Made by a program: the position numbers and the translations under genes. The notes under the pieces are model-generated. The model saw only the letters and a program-made list of their open reading frames with translations. It ran no database searches and was not told the DNA's origin. Shown here one piece after another: positions 57,398-64,000 of a stretch of 64,000 nucleotides of DNA. Source of the stretch: Patescibacteria group bacterium (lineage in GTDB: Bacteria > Patescibacteriota > Patescibacteriia > UBA10025 > JAHIVO01); assembly GCA_028718605.1 (NCBI GenBank), contig JAQULM010000002.1:321776-385775 (forward strand), written 5' to 3'. Positions within the stretch are counted from its first letter, which is position 1, and every line of letters starts with the position of its first letter.

Positions 57398-59200
57398 ATG
57401 AATGACGATATTGAGAGCAAAAATGAACAGGATATAAGCGACCTTATTGAGCAGTCGCGGCAGCGGCGGACCAAGTTTCGTGTCGCAACGGAAGACGTGG
57501 CAGACAAGCTGCGCTTGAAGATTAACGAGATTGACCAAAGAAAAAAAGAAGAGCTCACGCGGCACAAGGCTGAGGAGGCCGGCTTCGGGTACATCTTTTT
57601 AAAAGGATTTCCGATCAGCCCCGAGGCTCTCACGCTCATTCCCGAGGAGCGAGCACGTCAGCTGAAGGCGATTTGCTTCTTGAAAACCGATACGGAATTT
57701 CGCATCGGGGCGCTCGCGCCAGAATCACCGGACATTTTAAACCTCATCGCTGAGCTTGAAGACGAAACAGGATCCCACGGTGCGCCATATATAGTTTCTG
57801 AACAAAGCCTGGCAGCGGCAATGAAAATTTATGCCACCTTGCCCAAGATTCGGAAGCATTTGAGCGGGGTTGAGGTGTCGGCCGAGGACTTGAAGAAATT
57901 CCAGCGATCAATCGGCTCGTTCCGGGAGCTCGGCAAACTTATGCACCATGCGTCGACGACAGATTTGTATACCATAATTTTAGCCGCCGCGATACAGTCG
58001 AACGCCTCCGATGTGCACATTGAAGCGCAGCAAGATGACATTAAGATTCGCTATCGCATTGACGGCGTTCTGTATGACGTCGCGACGCTTGAGAAGAAAG
58101 TGTGGCCGAAGGTGGTGAACCGGGTGAAGTTATTAGCCAGTCTCAAGATAAACATTACTGACATTCCCCAGGATGGCCGCTTTACAATTTACCTTGAGAA
58201 TGAATTTATCGACGTCCGCGTATCGACGGTACCGAGTGCGTACGGCGAGAGCGTTGTAATGCGGTTGCTCATGTCCTCTGCGGCGAGCCTTGAGCTTGAG
58301 GATATCGGCTTGGTCGGAGTAGCGTTTGACATAATGAAAAAAGAAATTGAGCGGCCGAACGGGATGATTGTCACGACAGGCCCTACTGGTTCGGGCAAGA
58401 CAACAACTCTCTACGCAATTTTAAAGAGATTGAATAAGCCGGAGTCAAAGATCATCACCCTTGAGAATCCCATCGAATACCGTCTCAAGGGCATCACCCA
58501 AAGCCAGGTTCAAGCGAGCGATTCCTCGTCCGAGGATAAAACGAATATCCGCGATCTGCTCCGCGCAAGCGGGGAAACAAAACGGCACTTTACGTATGCA
58601 TCGGGCCTGCGCGCCGTGTTGCGCCAGGACCCGGATATCGTGATGGTCGGTGAAATTCGCGACCACGAAACGGCGGAAACGGCGATCCAAGCAGCGCTAA
58701 CCGGCCACCTGATGCTCTCGACGCTCCATACCAATAGCGCCGCAGGCGCAATACCCCGCCTTGTTTCAATGGAAGTGAAGCCATTCTTGCTTGCGCCTGC
58801 GATGAATGTCATAATCGGCCAGCGCCTCGTGCGGCGGATCTGCAAAGACTGCAAAGAGCCGTACATGCCCGACGAGGCAACACTCAAGCGAGTGTATGAG
58901 GTGTTCGACACGATACCGACAGAACATCGCGGCGGCATCACGAAAGAGAATCTCGCGTTCAATCACGGTCGGGGCTGCCAGAAGTGCAACAACATCGGAT
59001 TCAAGGGGCGTGTTGGTGTTTTTGAAATTCTCACGATGAACGAGGAGATTGAAAAATTAATTTTAACCGGCCAGGTGTCGGAATTCCAGATTACTAAAGT
59101 CGCTTCACAGCATGGGATGCTTACGATGCGCCAGGACGGAATACTGAAAGCCGCCCAGGGCATTACGACGCCCGAGGAAGTATTTAAAGCGACCGACTAA
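57398..59200 (+). CDS. pilB: PilB/GspE-family pilus assembly ATPase
   Basis: ASDVHIE, PQDGR, GPTGSGKT, LRQDPD, TGH...TLHTN, CxxC...CxxC. Start at the ATG at 57398. Confidence 0.9.
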   Translation: MNDDIESKNEQDISDLIEQSRQRRTKFRVATEDVADKLRLKINEIDQRKKEELTRHKAEEAGFGYIFLKGFPISPEALTLIPEERARQLKAICFLKTDTEFRIGALAPESPDILNLIAELEDETGSHGAPYIVSEQSLAAAMKIYATLPKIRKHLSGVEVSAEDLKKFQRSIGSFRELGKLMHHASTTDLYTIILAAAIQSNASDVHIEAQQDDIKIRYRIDGVLYDVATLEKKVWPKVVNRVKLLASLKINITDIPQDGRFTIYLENEFIDVRVSTVPSAYGESVVMRLLMSSAASLELEDIGLVGVAFDIMKKEIERPNGMIVTTGPTGSGKTTTLYAILKRLNKPESKIITLENPIEYRLKGITQSQVQASDSSSEDKTNIRDLLRASGETKRHFTYASGLRAVLRQDPDIVMVGEIRDHETAETAIQAALTGHLMLSTLHTNSAAGAIPRLVSMEVKPFLLAPAMNVIIGQRLVRRICKDCKEPYMPDEATLKRVYEVFDTIPTEHRGGITKENLAFNHGRGCQKCNNIGFKGRVGVFEILTMNEEIEKLILTGQVSEFQITKVASQHGMLTMRQDGILKAAQGITTPEEVFKATD

Positions 59201-59234
59201 CCGATTCAGTCGGGTGTGGGTATTCAACGGGGAG

Positions 59235-59259
59235 AGCTGCTTTCTAGAGCAGCTTTTTT
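59235..59259 (+). terminator. Terminator overlapping the valS stop
   Basis: AGCTGCT-TTCTAG-AGCAGCT followed by TTTTT. Confidence 0.6.
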
Positions 59260-62135
59260 AGTTTTTCGCGCTGCTCGGCGAGTTTTGACCGCACTTCATC
59301 AACGACTTCTTTGGGCGCACGATCAGTGAAATTCTTATTCGAAAGTTTTGCCTCAAGCTTTTGGATGTAGGAGGAGAGCGCTACCACCTCCTGTTTGCGT
59401 TTTGATGCGTCAACGCGATAGTCGACGAAGAAGTTCAAACCCGGAAGCGAACCGGATACCTGCGGTTGCTCGCTCATGCCCATAGTTTGAACGGCGGAGA
59501 GCGGGCGGATCCAGCGCTCGTTTTCCTTAATAAGCGGCGCTTTACTTCCCCAGTAGGAAACGGACAGCGATTCCGAGGCACTGATTTTATTTTCAGCACG
59601 GAAATTCCGCAGCAGTGTGACGTATTGTTGGATGAACGCGAGCCCAAGGGTGGACTGCTCTTGCTGCGCTCGAGGCCAGTTCTGAACAATCAGCATGTTG
59701 TTTTTCCCCGCCGGAGCCAGCCGCGACCAGATTTCTTCCGTTACGAACGGGATGAACGGGTGCGCGAGCTTCAGCCATACGGACAGAACATGGCGTAGGA
59801 TGCCGTAATTTTTTTCCACCTTAGATATTTCCAGGTACCAGTCGGCGAAGTCATGCCAGAGGAACTCGTAGAGCGCGGTGCCGGCTTCGGAGAATTTAAA
59901 TTGTTCGATGTTTTTAGTTACCGCGCCATTCAATGTATTCAGCCGGCCTATGATCCATTTGTCCGCTAAGTTTTTTATCTCCAACTCCTGAGCTTTCGGT
60001 GTGCGCTGGGAAAGGACAAAACGCGCTACGTTCCACAATTTGTTAATAAAATTGCGGTATCCGGCGATTTTTTCTTCCGATAATTTAAAATCCTGGCCAG
60101 CAGAGGTGCCGAGCACGAGAGAGAGGCGGATGGCGTCAGTGCCGTATTTTTCGGCCATAGGCAGCGGGTCAATGCCCGTGCCTTTTGATTTCGACATTTT
60201 CTTCCCGCTTTTGTCGAGAACCAGTCCATGGAGATATACAGTACGGAAGGGCACCTGCTTTACGAATTTGAGGGAAAACATGATCATGCGTGCCACCCAG
60301 AAAAAGAGAATGTCCCAGCTGGTTTCCATGACCGACGTTGGGTGGAAGCGTTTGAGGTCTATCGTTTTTTTTGGCCACCCGAGCGTTGAGAATGTCCATA
60401 AACCAGACGAGAACCAGGTATCGAGCGTGTCCTCCTCCTGCCTGAGAAACTTCGTTTGTTTGCAGTGTGGGCAGCGTTTTGGTTTATCGGACGACGCGAT
60501 GGTTGCCCCGCATCCGTGATCAGCATCGAGAGCGGCGAACGAGTACGTGTAGATATACGCGGGTGTCGCGGCATTCACGCGGATTTTTGGATAGTGGACT
60601 TTGAATCGCGCAATGAGCTGGTTGATATGCGAATACGTGGCACCGTGCATTGGATTGTCGAGCGGAAGCTTGCCGACCGTCGTGCATTCAATTTTATTAA
60701 TAGTTGCAATCCCAATAATTTGCCCTGTTGTGCTGTTCTCAACCGCAACGCGGTCCCCAACGGTGAGGTGGTGGTCGCGGAGTCGGTACGTTACCGTTTT
60801 GCCTTTAAATAGTTGGCGTACAACATCCCCGGCGAAACCAATCTTTTCTGCTGGCACGGTACGCTCGGGGCCGCAGTACCAGATCGGTATTTGGTGGCCC
60901 CACCAGAGCTGGCGCGAAATGCACCAGTCGCGGATGTTGTTCATCCAGTGGAAGTAAACCTTCTCGAACCGTTTGGGGATGATGTTGATGGTTCCAGACT
61001 TCACGGCGGCAATCGCCGGTTTTGCCAGTGGGGCGATTTTGAGGAACCACTGTTTCGAGATGAGAGGCTCAATCGGCGTATTGCAACGGTCGCACCGCGC
61101 CTGGTGGTGGGCGTAGTCAACCGTTTTTTCAAGCAGCTCTTCGGTTTCAAGCCGGGCAATCACGTCCTGGCGCGCGTCCTGGACGCTTTTGCCGTAGAAT
61201 TCACCGGCTTCTTTGGTCATTTTATTATCCTGGCCGATGATGTTGATAACTGGCAGGTGGTGCGTTGTCCCGATGTCATAATCAGCAGCGTCGTGCGCAG
61301 GCGTGACTTTTACCGCGCCGGTGCCGAATTCCCTGTCAACGCGGGCATCGGCAACGATCGGGATTTCCCGGTTCATGATCGGCAGGATGATTTTTTTTCC
61401 GATGTACTGAGTGTAGCGTTGGTCTTTCGGGTTGACGGCTACCGCGGTGTCGCCGAGCATTGTCTCCGGCCGGGTGGTCGCCACGACAATGTACTTGGTT
61501 GACCCGGATAATGGGTAGCGGATAAACCAAAGCTTGCTCGAGGTTTCGATGTGTTTCACTTCCAGGTCAGAGAGCGCGGTCGCACAGCGCGGACACCAGT
61601 TGACGATACGCGCACCGCGGTAAATTAACCCCTCATTGAATAATGTAATGAAAGCCTTGTGCACCGCGGCAGTCAGCGCGGGGTCCATGGTGAAATGCTC
61701 CCGGGACCAGTCGCATGAAGCGCCGAGTGAGCGCGTTTGGTCATTGATACGCGTGCCGTACTTATTTTTCCATTCCCATACGCGCTTGAGGAATTTTTCA
61801 CGGCCGATGTCATCGCGGCTCAAACCCTCTTGTTGGAGTAGCCGTTCTACCATGATCTGCGTGGAGATGCCAGCGTGGTCAGTGCCAGGAAGCCATAGCG
61901 TTTTGTAGCCGGCCATGCGGTGGAAACGCGTGAGGATGTCTTGAACGGTAAAGCCAAGTGCGTGGCCGAGGTGTAGTTCACCCGTTACGTTCGTTGGTGG
62001 CATGGAAATAGTAAACGGTTTGGTCCGTCTCCCGGGAAGCGTATCTGGATTGAAAAAACCCGACCGTTCCCATCGTTTGTAGATGGCAGCCTCAATAGAC
62101 TGTGGTTGGTAGGTTTTCTCAAGCTCTTTGGGCAT
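59244..62135 (-). CDS. valS: Valine--tRNA ligase with an internal ASCH-like insertion
   Basis: HLGH, GTDHAGI, ATTRPET, DWCISRQLWWGH, DTWFSS, KMSKS. Confidence 0.97.
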   Translation of the reverse strand: MPKELEKTYQPQSIEAAIYKRWERSGFFNPDTLPGRRTKPFTISMPPTNVTGELHLGHALGFTVQDILTRFHRMAGYKTLWLPGTDHAGISTQIMVERLLQQEGLSRDDIGREKFLKRVWEWKNKYGTRINDQTRSLGASCDWSREHFTMDPALTAAVHKAFITLFNEGLIYRGARIVNWCPRCATALSDLEVKHIETSSKLWFIRYPLSGSTKYIVVATTRPETMLGDTAVAVNPKDQRYTQYIGKKIILPIMNREIPIVADARVDREFGTGAVKVTPAHDAADYDIGTTHHLPVINIIGQDNKMTKEAGEFYGKSVQDARQDVIARLETEELLEKTVDYAHHQARCDRCNTPIEPLISKQWFLKIAPLAKPAIAAVKSGTINIIPKRFEKVYFHWMNNIRDWCISRQLWWGHQIPIWYCGPERTVPAEKIGFAGDVVRQLFKGKTVTYRLRDHHLTVGDRVAVENSTTGQIIGIATINKIECTTVGKLPLDNPMHGATYSHINQLIARFKVHYPKIRVNAATPAYIYTYSFAALDADHGCGATIASSDKPKRCPHCKQTKFLRQEEDTLDTWFSSGLWTFSTLGWPKKTIDLKRFHPTSVMETSWDILFFWVARMIMFSLKFVKQVPFRTVYLHGLVLDKSGKKMSKSKGTGIDPLPMAEKYGTDAIRLSLVLGTSAGQDFKLSEEKIAGYRNFINKLWNVARFVLSQRTPKAQELEIKNLADKWIIGRLNTLNGAVTKNIEQFKFSEAGTALYEFLWHDFADWYLEISKVEKNYGILRHVLSVWLKLAHPFIPFVTEEIWSRLAPAGKNNMLIVQNWPRAQQEQSTLGLAFIQQYVTLLRNFRAENKISASESLSVSYWGSKAPLIKENERWIRPLSAVQTMGMSEQPQVSGSLPGLNFFVDYRVDASKRKQEVVALSSYIQKLEAKLSNKNFTDRAPKEVVDEVRSKLAEQREKLKKLL

Positions 62136-62167
62136 AGTGCGTGGTTATTGTACCGCAAACGCACGCA

Positions 62168-63190
62168 CTAGACTAGCTCCCAGTTTGGGTATGCGTCCAG
62201 CGTATTCCATGCTGAATAGCGCTTCCGGAGAGCGCGGTAGTAGCCCGTGATCGCGATCATTCCCGCATTATCAGTGCAGAGTTCAATGGGAGGCGTGTGG
62301 AACGGCAGCCCGGATGCGCCAATGTTGCCGACTGCTGACCGCAATTGTTCGCGCAAGGGGGCATTTGCCGCAACGCCGCCCGCAAGGAGTACGGAGCGCG
62401 CCCCAACCTCCATGGCAGCACGGACGGTCTTGCCGACGAGTACGTCAATGACGGCTTGCTGAAAGCTTGCACAAACGTCGTTGGTTGGAATGTTCTTGCC
62501 CCGGTATGCATTTTTTATGAGGTACAGAACGGCAGTTTTCAGACCTGAAAAGCTGAAGTCGTACCCCTGGCGATTGAGCATAGGGCGCGGCAGATCAAAT
62601 GCGGCTGGATTACCCTTGCGCGCGAGCTGCTGAATTTTCGGGCCACCGGGGTACCCGATATTTAAAATTTTCGCAACCTTGTCGAATGCTTCACCTGCCG
62701 CATCATCCCTGGTTCGCCCAATCAATGTATGGTTGCCATGTTGCGTGACCAGAACAAGTTCAGTGTGGCCGCCGGAGACGATCAGGCAGAGCGCAGGGAA
62801 TTTAATAACAGTCGAATCGTGCCAATTCGCGTAGAGGTGCCCCTCGATGTGGTTAACGGCAACGAGTCTTTTTTCCCATGCGAGCGAAAGCGTCTTTGCC
62901 GTTTGTACGCCGACGCGCAGTGAAGTAACAAGGCCTGGTCCGGCCGTAACCGCGATTGCTGAGAGAGCCTGCGGAGCAATATGTGCTTGCTTCAGGGCGC
63001 GGTCAAGGCACGGGATGATGTTCAGAATATGTTCACGGGCAGCAACTTCCGGCACGACGCCGCCGTATTGGCGGTGCGTGGCGATTTGCGATGCGATAAC
63101 GTGCGATAGGAGCGTCCGCTTGCGTTTGGTGCCGTGCAGGACCGCCACCGCTGTTTCATCACACGATGTTTCGATGCCGAGGATAATCAT
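62168..63190 (-). CDS. tsaD: tRNA N6-adenosine threonylcarbamoyltransferase
   Basis: GIETSCDET, GGVVPE, HIEGH, SGGHT, DDAAGEAFDK, TDNAGMI. Confidence 0.97.
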   Translation of the reverse strand: MIILGIETSCDETAVAVLHGTKRKRTLLSHVIASQIATHRQYGGVVPEVAAREHILNIIPCLDRALKQAHIAPQALSAIAVTAGPGLVTSLRVGVQTAKTLSLAWEKRLVAVNHIEGHLYANWHDSTVIKFPALCLIVSGGHTELVLVTQHGNHTLIGRTRDDAAGEAFDKVAKILNIGYPGGPKIQQLARKGNPAAFDLPRPMLNRQGYDFSFSGLKTAVLYLIKNAYRGKNIPTNDVCASFQQAVIDVLVGKTVRAAMEVGARSVLLAGGVAANAPLREQLRSAVGNIGASGLPFHTPPIELCTDNAGMIAITGYYRALRKRYSAWNTLDAYPNWELV

Positions 63191-63810
63191 AGTTTATCTT
63201 GTACGCGCCCCACGATATCTTCCATTTCCTGCACAACCTCGTCGCTCACGCTCGCCGCAATCGGGATATAGTAGTCGTTCGCTTCCTTGAGCCACCGCGG
63301 GAGTTTATACGCGAGGGGATGCCCTGGCGTGAAATACGTCCATGTCCGCATATTATCCAGCAGATCCGCAGTTTTTATAAGCCGCACGCGTTCCGTCATT
63401 TTAAGGAGTTTTTTGTAGTGGAGGGGCTTGGAAGTTTTTTTATCAGCCTCTGACTCATTGTGCGGGCGCGGTCTGGTGACCGCTTGTACAAGCGAAAGCG
63501 CCTCGTTCCCAAACTGTTCGCGGATGTCTTCGGGAGTAAGCGCGGTGTCCTCAAGGGTATCGTGGAGAAGCGCAGCGATCAGCATGTCAGCGTCGCGGAT
63601 TCCATGCTCGAGCAGCCACCGCGCAGCACGTACCGGGTGGATAATGTATCCCCCGTGTTCTACGTCGGCCGCATGCCGTTGTTGGCCTTTGTGGTACTGC
63701 GCGGCGAGATTGAGAGCTGACCGGATTTTTTTCTGGTCAGCGCTGGGAAGTGCCGAAAGGCCTCGGAAGAGCGCTTCCTCGTTTTTGGAATAATACGGAA
63801 AGTCGTCCAT
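63187..63810 (-). CDS. HD-domain protein, small alarmone hydrolase (Mesh1/SpoT-HD)-like
   Basis: HKGQQR, YIIHP, AALLHDTLED, IKTADLLDN. Start placed at MDDF (63810). Confidence 0.82.
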   Translation of the reverse strand: MDDFPYYSKNEEALFRGLSALPSADQKKIRSALNLAAQYHKGQQRHAADVEHGGYIIHPVRAARWLLEHGIRDADMLIAALLHDTLEDTALTPEDIREQFGNEALSLVQAVTRPRPHNESEADKKTSKPLHYKKLLKMTERVRLIKTADLLDNMRTWTYFTPGHPLAYKLPRWLKEANDYYIPIAASVSDEVVQEMEDIVGRVQDKL

Positions 63811-63913
63811 ACGTATAGTATAGCGCGTCGGTGTTAAAAATGAAAAAAGCCGGACTGGTTTGCCGTACAAGCCGCCAGAGAGAAAATCGGGAAAATTTCA
63901 CAAAGTATGAATC

Positions 63914-63933
63914 TGGTAGCCCCACGGGGAATC
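63914..63933 (-). tRNA. 3' fragment of a tRNA (probably Glu): half T-loop, T-stem, acceptor strand and CCA
   Basis: The - strand reads GATTCCCCGTGGGGCTACCA, but the upstream TTC and the 5' T-stem are replaced by unrelated sequence. Confidence 0.6.
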
Positions 63934-64000
63934 CTGCTTACCCGTCGCAAAAACCACCGCGTACTCGCGGTGCCGGTTTGTTCCTCCTTCGCAGCCCGGG

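Noticed and set aside
60513-60872. ValRS insertion as a possible intein
   Set aside because: Lacks intein N-terminal C/S and C-terminal HN splice motifs and any LAGLIDADG blocks

Overview
Chromosomal window from a bacterium using genetic code 11 (TGA is a stop). Gene content and style point to Patescibacteria/CPR, by inference: VirB2/TrbC-like pilins behind an orphan solute-binding protein, GH57-type glucan genes, a degenerate DHH protein next to PilB, a domain-inserted ValRS and many leaderless genes. The window spans the replication origin (dnaN-oriC-dnaA <-> rpmH-rnpA-yidD-yidC, about 50.8-55.6 kb). Left to right it holds: the 3' part of a large FG-GAP/VCBS-repeat surface protein; a lone PurD-like ligase; a ceramidase-panD-methyltransferase trio; a MacB-type ABC pair; a COG2403 (ArcE/cDPGS-like) enzyme; a three-pilin locus, including a pilin with 9 Cys-rich repeats and a small pilin driven by two tandem perfect sigma70 promoters; a 14-kb block of GT-C/STT3-like glycosylation genes containing a GT4-HprK-like fusion; an orphan T9SS C-terminal-domain relic; a glgC-less glgA/GH57/GalT alpha-glucan cluster; and housekeeping genes (tyrS, PBP1A, tsaE, valS with an ASCH insert, tsaD). 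The window ends in a tRNA-Glu 3' fragment broken in the T-loop. The best candidate for an undescribed system is the pilin/adhesin locus with its adjacent STT3/GT-C-like glycosylation cluster. No CRISPR array, rRNA or transposase was seen. All functional calls come from reading motifs by eye, not from database searches.
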